Shown: positions 1-11,543 of the stretch, in pieces
How positions within the stretch are numbered: position 1 is the stretch's first letter
How the letters are laid out: each line of letters starts with the position of its first letter
Source of the DNA: Diplonema japonicum
Lineage: Eukaryota > Protista > Euglenozoa: Diplonemea
NCBI GenBank assembly: GCA_964019335.1
Contig: OZ025727.1
Coordinates: 186,001-250,000, forward strand
DNA length: 64,000 nt
Direction of reading: 5' to 3'
Translations under genes and position numbers: made by a program
Notes under the pieces: model-generated
What the model was told of the DNA's origin: nothing
The model's input: the letters and a program-made list of their open reading frames with translations, nothing else
Databases searched by the model: none

Positions 1-527
1 ACTACCATCCCCCACCCCCTTCTTTCCTTTAAATGAATGGTTATTTGTCGTTTGCAGTATATTGAGTCCCCCCCCCCCCCCCCCCTATGCCTCTGTTGTT
101 TCAGCCTTGGTAGATTAGTTGGCTCACCAGGGGGTTGCTGCACCACCCAGGGAATCAGTTTGTCGTTTTTGACCACAAAAAGGTGGGCATGTTTCTTTTG
201 GTGTATTGGGCCGGAGTACCCGGTCTGTGACGCTTGGAAATGGCTTTTCTTTTTTTGGCAAAACTGAATAAAAAAAATGGTGTTTGGACCACGAATAAGG
301 CTTTTGATACCCTCCCCTTTCCCATCATGTGAAAATCTTTTATGTTTTTTCTCGTCTCTTCTCTTCTCTTCTCTCTCTTTTTTTTTTTTTTTTTTTTTTT
401 GTTCTCGTTTCTGTTTGCTATCACCTCAATCTCAACAAATCTTTTTTTTTATTGCCCGATGTGATGAAAAAAAAAAAAAAAAAAAAAGAAATGTGTCGTT
501 TTCTTTTTCTTTTTTCATGTTTTTTTT

Positions 528-636
528 TCAGGCGTCCTGCCACATACCGCAGGTACCCTTAAATGTCTCTCTTTTTTTTTTTTTTTTTTTTTTTTGGGCC
601 GTTGCTAACAACTTCGTTTCCATCATAGTGAATTTT
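528..636. repeat. Short interspersed repeat (copies at 11361-11403 and 57888-57930)
   Basis: TCAGGCGTCCTGCCACATACCGCAGGTACCCTTAAATGTCTCT is identical at 528 and 11361. GGGCCGTTGCTAAC-ACTTCGTT-C-ATCATAGTGAATTT occurs at 596 and 57888. Confidence 0.85.
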
Positions 637-723
637 TTTCCATTACGAATTTTCAAAAAAGAAAAAAGGGGGTGGCGAGGGCGGCAGGGGGAAGGGGGGG
701 GGGGGAGAAGATACACAACCATC

Positions 724-2144
724 ATGAAAAACTTCTACAGAATACTACTTCCACTAGGCCTCGTAGCGCTTTGCGGAGGAGTCGCACCCTGTACTTGCTC
801 TGAAGACGAATCCTGCTGCTTGGCAGACACCGTGTACGTCTGCTGCGTGAACGAAGTAACGCAGTGCGTAGAAGAAGCACCGGAGGGCCTGTTCCCAAGC
901 AGGTGCTGCCCGAAGTGGACGGTGGGATGTACCATGGGCAGCGTGGGCTGCTGCGACCCATCAACACCATGGCAACGCGCCATCCCACCACCGCAAGCCG
1001 ATAACGAAAAGCCACTCACAACTACCTTGAAACAAAAGCAATCCAAACGCAGCACGCCCACCGAGTACGTGTACGCCTTGTTCATTACAGGCCCGGGGAA
1101 AATACTGTCAACAGTAATATTAACAGTGGATGGAAAGGTCATCAGTTACACAGCTGTCATCGGCGACGCCGCGGAATGGTACGCTAGGTGGTACGGAGAA
1201 GGCACTAGAGTCTTTCCTTTCGACAGCAAACATGTTCTCTTCCACATTCTGGACGCTCCCAACAGCACAGCACCCGTTACCTTATATTCCATCGATGCAA
1301 GGTCTGGTAACTCGACGTCGAAACAGCTTGTTAATGAGCTTGCTGGGACTGTTACGGGGTATCCTTTAGGTATTAAGTTCTCTGAGGAGTCCGATCGATT
1401 GATTTTTTCCACGCTCGCTGGGAATAGCTTTACGTTCTACTCTGTCAATGTTAACTCCGGACTTACTACCAAGCTCGGCTCGACCACATTCAATAAAACA
1501 CAAGGCGAGCTCGATCCCGGTTTCTACATGGGGTATTTGTCCGGGCTTTCGCTGGACGGGAAGACCGCGTACCGTTTAGGGTACCGCAACGTCACTTATC
1601 AAAACACCTTCGGGTTCATGAAAAACTCGTTGAAGGGCGGCACCGACGCAAGCTTCCTGTCCATTCCAAGGCCGTCTAATGCGTACGATTTATATTCGTT
1701 CACCAGATTGGTCAACACGGAGGTGTATTACTCTTTAGCGCCTTCTTCGGTGGGTGACGGTAGCTTCTATGTATACACTTGGGACAATTCTACGGTGCCA
1801 AATGTCACGTTGGTGGCGCAGTTGGATAATGCGTTTCCGCCTACTGTCATGTCGCTGGGCATTCTGGTGTGGAGGGGGAATAAAAATAGAAAAAAAAAAA
1901 AGAAGAAAAAACAAAAAAACAGGGTTACGTCGCAACAGCCGTTTCTGAGTACACCTTCATCACTGTTGTCATGAGCAGGGTGCCGAACAGTAACTACCAG
2001 AAATGGTCCATAGCCAGCGTTGATTTGACCAGCACCAGGCACACAACTTCTACTAACGAACTTAACCCGCAGCCGCCTTACTCGTTGCCCTCTGGTTGCG
2101 GGGTCGTGGGACTGGGTTTAACGACGGCTGATGCTTCGCATTAA
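724..2144 (+). CDS. Secreted protein with Cys-rich N-terminal module and probable beta-propeller-like body; join(724..1866,1923..2144)
   Basis: ATG at 724 starts a signal peptide (MKNFYRILLPLGLVALCGG), followed by a CC-rich segment and a beta-rich, N-glycosylation-rich body. Removing a GT-AG intron at 1867-1922 restores the frame (...GIL|GYVATAVSEY...ASH*). The track's upstream extension is homopolymer junk. Confidence 0.75.
1867..1922 (+). other. 56-nt spliceosomal intron with A-tract before the acceptor
   Basis: GTGTGG...AAAAAAAAAAAGAAGAAAAAACAAAAAAACAG. Splicing in phase 0 gives a 73-codon open terminal exon. Confidence 0.75.
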
Positions 2145-2590
2145 AAAAAAACCGGGGGGGGAAATTTTTTTTTTTCTCTCTTACCTATAGGACGGGGGGG
2201 GGTTTTTTTTTTTGTCCCTGTATTTTTTGAGTTTTCTTTTTTTTTTTGTTCCCTCAATCAATAGTTTCAAAGAAAAAAGTGTGGGGGAAAAAAAAAAAAA
2301 ACGAAGAAGTGTCCTCCGTGTAAGGTGTTACTAAAGAAAATGGGGATAAGTAGGAAGGGGGGGGGGGGGGAGAATTTTAAAAAAAAGAAAAAAAAAAAAG
2401 AGAAAGCAAAAAAGCAAAGTAAAGTAACGCTCTCTCGATCTTTCCCTTCTTTCCTGATCCCCTTTTTTCTCTGGTATTCTTTTTTTTTTTTTTTTTTTCG
2501 CTCATATCTTTCTCGAACTATCAGGTCTGTTTCTTTCAACACCCTGTTTCTCATTTCGCAAAAAAAAAAAAGGTGTAGGGTGGCAGAAAG

Positions 2591-4219
2591 ATGAAACCTT
2601 CACGATCTTCAAGCGGTTACAGCTTCCAAGGAGTCAAAAGACCAGTGGTACAGAGGAGGGCTTCTGCCCCTGACATGGCAGTGTTCGAAGACTTCCGAGC
2701 AAGGGGCGAAGAACAGCTTAAAAAAATGGAAATGCTGCAGAAAACCTCCAAGCTACGACGGCAGAACACCAAGATAAACACAGAAAAGGCCCGTTGGGCG
2801 AAAGAGTACCAAAACCTGTCAACACAAGAAAAGAAAATCCACACTGAACTCACGGACACCGCGGGCAAACTATGCATCCAAGAGCACGACCTCACAGCAT
2901 GGGAACTCTCTGCCGCGAAAGCAGAAATCTTGAAAAAGACCCCCGGGGAAATGCGAATAGCACTAACAGACCTGAACGAGCAAGAAGCACTGCTCAACAA
3001 AGAGCTCGCAGAACTCAAAACACACCAACTCAGCGACAACGATGAGCCCGAATCTTATCACATTGCAGTATCGAACCTAAGGGAAACCCTTCAGTACGTC
3101 GATGAGGACCTTCTCAAACTCTTTGACGGTAAATACCTCGCTCTGTCCAACCAGCTCATGGAAACAACCGGTTCTTCCATTTCAATTTCCTCAGAACTGT
3201 CTCCTAACGATGTTCAGCTGATCCGGTCTATGCTCAAATCGTTCGTTTACACCACAGATCCGGCCGCCCGTGAGGCCATAACAGAATCTTTGGCAATGCA
3301 GCGACCAGCATGGTCTCGACAACGCGTGAAGGACAGTCTTTGGGAGGTTGAAAAATCCATTTTTAGACGCCGTAAGACATCCATCGCGGTGGTCGATCGC
3401 CGGCAGAAAATACAATCTTTAACGGAGTCCATGGTGGCCGCAATGCAAGCCGCCTGCAAGGTCCACTTGGACAAAGTGAAAACGGAGGAAATTGCACACG
3501 ACAATCGTGTTCAACAGGAGTTGAACTGGGCCAAGCTGGAAGCTTTACACCACGCGAACGATTCCAAAAACGCGGAAATCCTTCACAAGAAAATACAAAA
3601 ACAGCTTGAAACGGAGTTGGAACTAACGGCCCAGAACCTCGCGAGAGACGAGTATTTGCAAAAACAAATTATGCTGCTCAAGGATTACAAATCAGAGCGT
3701 CGGTTGGAGGAGGAACGGGCTGCGAAAGAACGTGAGATTCGCATGGCCGAGGAGGCCATTCAGCACGCATCGCTAGCTATGGAGAATATGGCAAGGACGG
3801 AGTTTCGGTCGGCCGAGTACAAACGAAAAATAGAGAAGCAAAAAGAAAACCTTCTGATGCTTCAGGAAGCCAAGCTGGCCAACGAGGAGCACCTCAACAA
3901 CATCGCATCCTCTGTCGCCCCTGAAGTAGCACGCTGCAAGGAACGTGCTACGGGTGGTACCGTTTCATCTCAGTCCGTCACCGACCCTCTTCTCGTCAAT
4001 GAAGTGGCGACCGCCAAGGGGACAGGGTACACCACCGCAGATATATTAAAAGATGGCCGGTTCAAACTCACAGAAGCGCTTTTCTCCGCGGGGCTGTTGG
4101 ACACAGCCTACGCACGCAGGGTGATCTCCAACGCTGCGCCTGTGAAGCAAGGCACGCGTTCCCTCGCAACCACCTCTGATAACCCGCTTTATATGAAACC
4201 CCCCGCACACCCAGCTTAG
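2591..4219 (+). CDS. Coiled-coil protein, CCDC148-like
   Basis: 542-aa ORF with long E/K/Q-rich coiled coil. The C-terminal D-R-x-L-x-x-AL-x-x-AGL-x-x-T-x-YA motif (DGRFKLTEALFSAGLLDTAYARRVI) resembles CCDC148, from memory. Confidence 0.6.
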   Translation: MKPSRSSSGYSFQGVKRPVVQRRASAPDMAVFEDFRARGEEQLKKMEMLQKTSKLRRQNTKINTEKARWAKEYQNLSTQEKKIHTELTDTAGKLCIQEHDLTAWELSAAKAEILKKTPGEMRIALTDLNEQEALLNKELAELKTHQLSDNDEPESYHIAVSNLRETLQYVDEDLLKLFDGKYLALSNQLMETTGSSISISSELSPNDVQLIRSMLKSFVYTTDPAAREAITESLAMQRPAWSRQRVKDSLWEVEKSIFRRRKTSIAVVDRRQKIQSLTESMVAAMQAACKVHLDKVKTEEIAHDNRVQQELNWAKLEALHHANDSKNAEILHKKIQKQLETELELTAQNLARDEYLQKQIMLLKDYKSERRLEEERAAKEREIRMAEEAIQHASLAMENMARTEFRSAEYKRKIEKQKENLLMLQEAKLANEEHLNNIASSVAPEVARCKERATGGTVSSQSVTDPLLVNEVATAKGTGYTTADILKDGRFKLTEALFSAGLLDTAYARRVISNAAPVKQGTRSLATTSDNPLYMKPPAHPA

Positions 4220-4359
4220 CTTTTTTTAGAAAAAAAGTTTTTTTTTTGTCCCTCTTGCCCCTTCCCCTTAAAAGATGTTTTTTCTGGCAATTATTTTCTT
4301 CTTTCGTCCCTGATATAAAAAAAAAAGATAATAAAAAAGAGATCCAGGAAAAGAAAAAA

Positions 4360-6585
4360 ATGGAGAAGCGGACCGATCCAGCCGACGGGCGAAGCTACTC
4401 CTTTGCGGAGTTCCAAGTGTGTTACAAGGAAAAAGCTGACGAGAGGTGGGCGGCGGCTGCGTTCGAGCACAGGATCGACGACACGGACGGGAAAGGGTAC
4501 AGGAAGGAAGACTTCGTAAAATGCTACGGCGGGCTGAAGGAGTGGGACGCAGCAAAGCCAGCAAACGCACCACCGCGCGGTGATGTGCCAGAGAAGCGGT
4601 GCGACCAATGGGAAGCCCTCACGAAGGAGGAGTTTTTGAACAGGTACAAAGAACACGGTGAAGACATGTGGCAGGCTAGCGGCCCACTGCACACCGCACC
4701 CCCACGTCCTGCAGAAACAGACACGAAAACAGAAGCACGCACAAAGGGCGCAAAAGGCTCCAAAGGAGCGAAAGGATCCAAGAAGCCACCACAGCCCGAG
4801 GTACGCAAAAGCCCAGACGGCAACCTGTACACGAAGGAGGAATTCTCCACATTCTTCGGCGACCTTGCCATGTGGGACGCAGCGGAACCGGCTGAACCAA
4901 CCCACACCCCGACGACATCCTCTTCTCTTCCAGGCAAAGGTTCAAAAGGTTCCGCGGAGAAGCGCAAAAGCCCAGCCGGAAAGCTATACACGAAGGAAGA
5001 ATTCCTAGGATTCTTCGGCGACCTTGCCATGTGGGACGCAGCGGTGGAATCAACACATACCCCGACGAGATCCCCTTCACCTCCGGGCAAAGGTGCTAAA
5101 GGTTCAAAAGGTTTCGCGGAGAAGCGCAAAAGCCCGGACGGAAACCTGTACACGAAGGAGGAATTCCTAGGATTCTTCGGCGACCTTTCCATGTGGGACG
5201 CAGCGAAACCGGTGGAATCGACGAGATCCCCTTCTTCTCCGGGCGAAGGTGCTAAAGGTTCAAAAGGTTTCACGGAGAAGCGCAAAAGCCCGGACGGAAA
5301 CCTGTACACGAAGGAGGAATTCCTAGGATTCTTCGGCGACCTTGCCATGTGGGACGCAGCACAACCACCACCAATGACCGACAAGGATGTGAAGACGCTC
5401 TTGTCAACACTGAAGGGCAAGGCGAACGACGTGATGTGGATCGAACTGGGCGGGCTTGTAAAACCTTACAAGCCGAAGTTCAGCGATTATAAGGAAGACG
5501 AGTCGTTGTACCTCTCCCAGCTTCTTTTGGAGAACGAGAGAGAAGTGCAGCTCCGGAGAGCACTACTGTTTGAAGGCTTTGTCCAAGACGTCGCGAAAAA
5601 GGTGAAGTTCACGAAAAACAAGGCAAAAGCATTGGCGGTACTGAAGGAGAGCAAAAAAGGCGCGCAGTCGAGCAGAGGTGTTCATGGGGGTGTGAAAATG
5701 GGTGACACCCACGCGCAGAACTGTTTTGACAAAATGGCGGAGATGGAGTCGAAGCTCGCTGGGGACTGGGGGTGTTTTTATCACTCTTATTCAATCGCTG
5801 CCTTGCTGTACGAGATCAACGCGGCGGCAGCCAGAATGCTTCTGAGGTTCAACAGCGACTACTGTTCGCTACCGAGGCTCATCTGCAAAGGGTTTGCAAA
5901 AATACCCGATGGACCTTCGTTACTGAAGTACTTCGGCGAGCTCAGCAAGCACGGCAAACATGATCACGACTCTAAATACCGCGAAGTCGCAATATGCGGG
6001 TCGACAGCTCTGGCAACACCGGACCCGGAAGCAACTCCTAAGGATATTTTCATTTCAGGATATTCCTGCAGCGATGTAGACTTCACTGAAAAATTGAAAA
6101 GTCTCATAAGCACTCTTGGTGTCGAAGATAGTAGAATAAAACCTGTTGTCAAAGAGATCATTTCTCTGTGCGCAAAGTACAATCTTAGCACCTCGAGTTT
6201 TGGTGGTTCGCACGGTTCGTCACACACCGGACATCTCCTTCAGATCTTCATTGCTCGTGATCTTATTGACACCATTGCATACCCCGCACTGCCTTTCGGC
6301 CACCATGACGCTTCTAGGCACCCTCTTTCAGCGGCTTTAAAAAAAACGAGTCCTATCCATGGGCAGGCTAGGATCAATGTGAACCCCTTGGTGTTCACAC
6401 GGCCGCGAAAAGTGCGAATGTATCTCTACTCTGCCGACAAATCTTTCCACGATGGGAGGGTGAAGTTTCAGGAAGCTTTGGTGGGCATCTTGAAACGGGA
6501 GGCCCTCGGAACGAAGGCGGGCAAGGAAAAGGCTTTGCACAACATCTTCGATGGAAGGGTGCCCGACTTCATCCAGGTTGAGTGA
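4360..6585 (+). CDS. Protein with 7 N-terminal 'E(K/R)RxxxDGxxYTxxEF...WDAA' repeats and a C-terminal globular domain of unknown (possibly ART-like) function
   Basis: ATG at 4360 follows an A-tract. Repeats span 4360-5360, and the last four are near-identical in DNA. C-terminal motifs are FYHS, AICGS, GHLLQIFI and GQARI. Confidence 0.8.
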   Translation: MEKRTDPADGRSYSFAEFQVCYKEKADERWAAAAFEHRIDDTDGKGYRKEDFVKCYGGLKEWDAAKPANAPPRGDVPEKRCDQWEALTKEEFLNRYKEHGEDMWQASGPLHTAPPRPAETDTKTEARTKGAKGSKGAKGSKKPPQPEVRKSPDGNLYTKEEFSTFFGDLAMWDAAEPAEPTHTPTTSSSLPGKGSKGSAEKRKSPAGKLYTKEEFLGFFGDLAMWDAAVESTHTPTRSPSPPGKGAKGSKGFAEKRKSPDGNLYTKEEFLGFFGDLSMWDAAKPVESTRSPSSPGEGAKGSKGFTEKRKSPDGNLYTKEEFLGFFGDLAMWDAAQPPPMTDKDVKTLLSTLKGKANDVMWIELGGLVKPYKPKFSDYKEDESLYLSQLLLENEREVQLRRALLFEGFVQDVAKKVKFTKNKAKALAVLKESKKGAQSSRGVHGGVKMGDTHAQNCFDKMAEMESKLAGDWGCFYHSYSIAALLYEINAAAARMLLRFNSDYCSLPRLICKGFAKIPDGPSLLKYFGELSKHGKHDHDSKYREVAICGSTALATPDPEATPKDIFISGYSCSDVDFTEKLKSLISTLGVEDSRIKPVVKEIISLCAKYNLSTSSFGGSHGSSHTGHLLQIFIARDLIDTIAYPALPFGHHDASRHPLSAALKKTSPIHGQARINVNPLVFTRPRKVRMYLYSADKSFHDGRVKFQEALVGILKREALGTKAGKEKALHNIFDGRVPDFIQVE

Positions 6586-6896
6586 GAAAAAAAAGTTTTT
6601 TTTTTTTTCCCGTTCGTTTCTAACCCCCTCCCGACAACCGGGGCTTTTTTTTTTTTTACATGGGTATTTTTTGTTTCTTTTTTTGAAAAAGATAATATTT
6701 CCATGAGAATGAAAAAAAGTATTTTTTTTTTTCTTCTTTTTTTTTTTTTGCTTGCACTTGTTTTTCCTCTCTCTCCCCCCCCCCCCCCTTTCTGCTCACT
6801 TTTTAGGAAAAGAAATCGTCGTCGCTTTTTTCTTTATTGTTCCCTCGTACAACTTCTTTTTTTCTCCCCCCTACTATTCCAACGAAATTCATGTAA

Positions 6897-7412
<516 letters not shown>

Positions 7413-7427
7413 ATATGGTGAGCATTT

Positions 7428-7461
<34 letters not shown>

Positions 7462-7538
7462 TATTCTCCAACTTTTTTTTTTTTTTATTACATAAAAAAA
7501 AAAAATCAGCAAAAACAAAAAAAAAAAAAAAAAAAAAA

Positions 7539-8849
7539 ATGTTAGACGTGAAATTCCTTTCAGTGAGTCTTGTAGCTGTGACGGCACTGGTGTTGTTCAC
7601 TGGTCAAAGGAGGGAAGAGCGGACACAGCAAGACATCAAACGGATATTAGAACTTCGAGAGGCGAGGCGAAAAAGCTCGATCATGAAAATCCACGGGAAC
7701 ACGATGGTGGAAAGCCTCACAGTCCGGTCCCGATGGAGTGTGGAAGAAGCCTGGGCGTGGCAAAAAAAAGTAGGCTGGATGATCGGCGGGAATTTTGTTC
7801 CCTCCAACGCCGTTAATCAAATTCAAATGTTTTCTGAGGAAGGATTCGACGTTACCCTTATAGAGAAGGAAATAAAAATCGCAGCGAAAAAAGGAAATAT
7901 GAACGCGATGCGGGTGTTTCTTCACAACCTGCTCTTCGAGGATAACAAGGAAGCGTATTTTACAAGGCTCGACAAGTACTTAGAGATATCCGCTCGGCAT
8001 GGAGTGAAAACGATATTCGTTTTTTTCGATGCATGTTGGCGGGCGACCGCACACCTCGGAAGACAGCCCACTCCGATCCCCCACACTCACAACTCTGGTT
8101 GGGTACAATGCCCGACACACGCTCAACTCCTCGATGAACGTTCCTGGGCAGGGTTGAAAGATTACGTAACGCAAACAATCAAACGTTTTCGCAACGACGA
8201 GAGGGTTGTTCTATGGGATATTTACAACGAACCGAGCAACACGGCAATGGAATTCGACCACATACCTCAAAAGCTCACCGTAGCCCAAGGCGCCGCTAAT
8301 CTAACAATGATTACCCAGAGCAAAAAAAAAGCTCAGGTTTTAAAACTGCTCGAAAAAGCCTTTGTGTGGGCCCGTTCTGGCAACCCAACACAACCTATAA
8401 CGTCCGGGATGTGGGGGGCAATGACGCCTACAGACAATTCTCCCTTTACCAAGCTTCAGATGGAACAGTCTGATATTGTGTCCTTCCACAACTACGACCC
8501 CGAGGAGCAGCTTTTAAAATACATCCAAGGTTTTTCATCCGAGCAACGTCCTTTGATCTGCACGGAGTACCTAGCGAGGTCCCACGGGTCCACCGTTCAC
8601 GCTTCGCTGCCTGTTTTTCATGCAAAAGGGATCTCCGCATTTCACTGGGGTGTTATCGACGGTGCGACGCAGACGTCTTACCCATGGTCTTCATGGCATG
8701 ATGAAATGGCAGCGAAACCAGATATTTGGCATCATGATGTCTTTTCGCCCAATGGTGACCCGCACGACCCAGCTGAAGTGGAGTTGATGGGGAAATTGAG
8801 GGAGACCCCCATTGACTGGGACGCCGTGCGGAAGGGTAGGTTTAATTAG
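7539..8849 (+). CDS. Clan GH-A (GH5-like) glycoside hydrolase, bacterial-type, with N-terminal signal anchor
   Basis: Motifs RWSVEEAWAW, GNFVPSNAVNQ, WDIYNEP (acid/base E), SFHNY, ICTEY (nucleophile E), WG, WHHD. Confidence 0.85.
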   Translation: MLDVKFLSVSLVAVTALVLFTGQRREERTQQDIKRILELREARRKSSIMKIHGNTMVESLTVRSRWSVEEAWAWQKKVGWMIGGNFVPSNAVNQIQMFSEEGFDVTLIEKEIKIAAKKGNMNAMRVFLHNLLFEDNKEAYFTRLDKYLEISARHGVKTIFVFFDACWRATAHLGRQPTPIPHTHNSGWVQCPTHAQLLDERSWAGLKDYVTQTIKRFRNDERVVLWDIYNEPSNTAMEFDHIPQKLTVAQGAANLTMITQSKKKAQVLKLLEKAFVWARSGNPTQPITSGMWGAMTPTDNSPFTKLQMEQSDIVSFHNYDPEEQLLKYIQGFSSEQRPLICTEYLARSHGSTVHASLPVFHAKGISAFHWGVIDGATQTSYPWSSWHDEMAAKPDIWHHDVFSPNGDPHDPAEVELMGKLRETPIDWDAVRKGRFN

Positions 8850-8891
8850 ATTTTTTTTTTTTTTTCCTTTTGTTGAAAAACGGGGAGAGGG

Positions 8892-8930
<39 letters not shown>

Positions 8931-9185
8931 ACTCTTTCTTTAAAAAAAAGAAAAGAACATCTTTTTTTTTTTTTTTTTTTTCCTTCTTCAAGTTGGGTGG
9001 AGGGAGGGGGGGGGGGGGGGGGGGGAAAGGGGTAAAGCAAAGACAAAAAAAAAAAAAGAATTGGGAGGTTACAAAAAAAAAAAAAACTTTGTTTTCTTTC
9101 ATATTTTGCTCTCTCAATTGTGAATAACAATTTTAGTTTTTTTTTTTTTTGCAAGTGCAACCCGTTCCTCGGGACGTTAATTTAA

Positions 9186-9400
9186 GGGTGGTGGGGATAA
9201 CATGGAAATATAAGAAGTACATCAGATGTGTTGTTCGCTGTTGACCTCCTCGTCGGTCATCACCGGTAGCGCCCGAGTGGAAGAACGTAACGCAGATGCT
9301 CAGGGTGACGAACAGGCAGCAAACTGCACGAGCGCAGAATCTTGGTTACCCGGGACGCCCCGGCTAGGGTTGAGCACACCGCACGCATTAAGGACACGAC
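9186..9400 (+). mobile_element. Degenerate remnant of LINE family B (3' coding region)
   Basis: Aligns by eye with 25401-25605 (GGGGATAACATGGAAATATAAGAAGTACATCAGATG...CACCGCACGCATTAAGGACAC). Residual peptide (AVD..VITG...WLPG...HALRT) parallels the C-terminus of the family A LINE. Confidence 0.6.
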
Positions 9401-10108
9401 GCGGAACGCAAAAGAAGCTACAACTCGGCCGGGGAGCGCCCCCTGTAATCAAGTAGGTAGTTCGTGCTTCATTGCACGCTTAACGCCACCTAGTGTTGCA
9501 ATCAAAGCCCCATTTTTTTTTTCTCTTTAAAATGAACTTCTGATCTGTGAGGGATTTAAAGGCAACAAGGAACTTACCTCCCCCCCCCCCCCCCCCTTCT
9601 TTCAACGCATTTTATTAAAAGATATTGCCCTAACACCTGCGGTAGGCTTACATTCCCTTCCGCAGCCAATCAGGTTAATTAAGTTTGTGACACCCCCCCC
9701 CCCCCCCCCGTTAAGCCTAACTCTTTTATTACCCAGATTTTGGCAAAAAAAAAAAAATGAACTGAATTCTAGCCTGGGGTAAGGTAAGGTTTACATGTGA
9801 AAAATGCAAGCTTAAGATTACCCGTTCTCTTTCCCCCCCTTTTTTTTTTTGCAAGAACGAGTCTTTGACTTGTCTAAACAAAAGGGGAACGTTGGCAACG
9901 TGTTTCGGGTTGACAAACTTCTCCAGGTTTTACCCGGCACGTACAAACAACGGCCAGTTCCTCTTTTTTAAAGAGATGTTAAAAAATGGGGGGAGAAAAC
10001 AAGATCCCTCCCCCCGTCTACACAGTAAGTTTAAGCTCACTGGGTTTATTCATTCTCTTTTTCCGAATGAAGAAAAAACTATAGAGGGTAAGAAAAAAAA
10101 AAAAATAT

Positions 10109-11213
10109 AGCTCGTCCGGACGAAAATGTCAACACTTTTTTGGGCACCTCCGAAAATTTCTTGTTTTGATTATTTGAGCAAAAAAAGGGAAGCATGCAAC
10201 CATAGGAAGATGACATACATGGTGTATATGACGCCGTTCTTTCAATTGCGATGCTTGTTTTGCCATGAGGGTGGCAGGCTTTGCAACCGGCTGCCCACGG
10301 GAAGCGAAAAATAGAGGTCAAAAATGCGGCGAAAAATGTTTAAAATGCAATTTCATTGCTTAAAATGCAGCATCTAGGGTGCTTAAAATTGGTGTTCAAG
10401 CGCACTTGTGACCCCTGCTGGGTACAACCCAGGGTCGGGTTACTGTTAAAAGTAGCGAAAAATATATGGCGCCGCGCCCCCGAAAATCCGGTTTTTTACA
10501 CCCTATTTTTTGGCTTTTTCAAGGAGTTCCCAAGGGATTTTGGCCTTTTTCAGAAAAACCAATTCTTAACACTTGCCTACTCATGCAGAGCTTCGACATT
10601 GTATCTTTGGGGTCGAACTTTCATTCTCTACCCATCTAGCTGTGGGGTTCCCTTTTCTTTTGCACTCATAATACTTCAAAAGTGAAAATTTTGCTTTTTT
10701 AAGGGGTTTTAAAGGGATTTTAGCCTTAAATAGGCCAAAATGGCACTTTAAGGGTAAGGTCTCGCACAGTGATTTACAGTCCAGTCCACTCAAAATGACC
10801 CCAAAGGTTTCACAGATTTTCAATCTGCGTCCATTCCTCCTGTCGCTTTTCACGGAAAAACCTTTGTTTGTGCGCACGAGCGGAATTTTACCTAATAAAA
10901 TAGCTCATTACGCTGCCATCAACTAGTTTTTAGTCTCGACAATAATATTGTTAAAACAAAAAAAAAATGGAGTCTGGGTTATTTGTAACTTCCAAATTGA
11001 AGTCGTTTGCCAAAAACCATTCTAAAAAACATGTTTTTTCACGTGCGTTTTAAAAATAAAACAAACGGCGAGCATTTTGACTTAATATGGTGTTCAAGCT
11101 TAGACTGCATTTCTGCACACAAAGTGGCGGACTACTTTTTTACTTAGAAATTTAACGGGGGTTTTCTGCCGCATAGGAGGGTCATTTGTTGACATTTTTT
11201 CCCGGACAAGCTC
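10109..11213. mobile_element. Non-autonomous TIR DNA transposon (~1.1 kb), ATAT target site, copy 1
   Basis: TIR (G)AGCTCGTCCGGACGAAAATGTCAACA ... TGTTGACATTTTTTCCCGGACAAGCTC, flanked by ATAT. Co-linear with 35923-36904. Confidence 0.9.
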
Positions 11214-11360
11214 ATATATATATATATATATACTCTCATCGGGCTTATTCTTGTGAATAAACTGTCTCTTTTCTTTTCTTTTTTTCCTTCCGACTAAAAT
11301 TCCCCTCCCCCCACGTAGTACCAGCGCTGTGTTTAGTGTGTATTTTTTTTTTTCCAAAGT

Positions 11361-11403
11361 TCAGGCGTCCTGCCACATACCGCAGGTACCCTTAAATGTC
11401 TCT
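11361..11403. repeat. Second copy of the 528-570 short repeat
   Basis: Identical 43-mer. Confidence 0.85.
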
Positions 11404-11511
11404 TTTTTTTTTTCTTTGCTCGTGGTGGGTCGTTGCTTACCGCCACCCCCCCCCCCCCCCCCCCACCTCATTATTATTTGTTTTTTGTTTTTGTTTTGTT
11501 TAAGAAAAGGA

Positions 11512-11543
11512 AAAATGAAAATGAAAATGAAAATGAAAATGAA
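11512..11543. repeat. (AAAATG)n microsatellite
   Basis: About 5 tandem AAAATG units. Confidence 0.9.
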
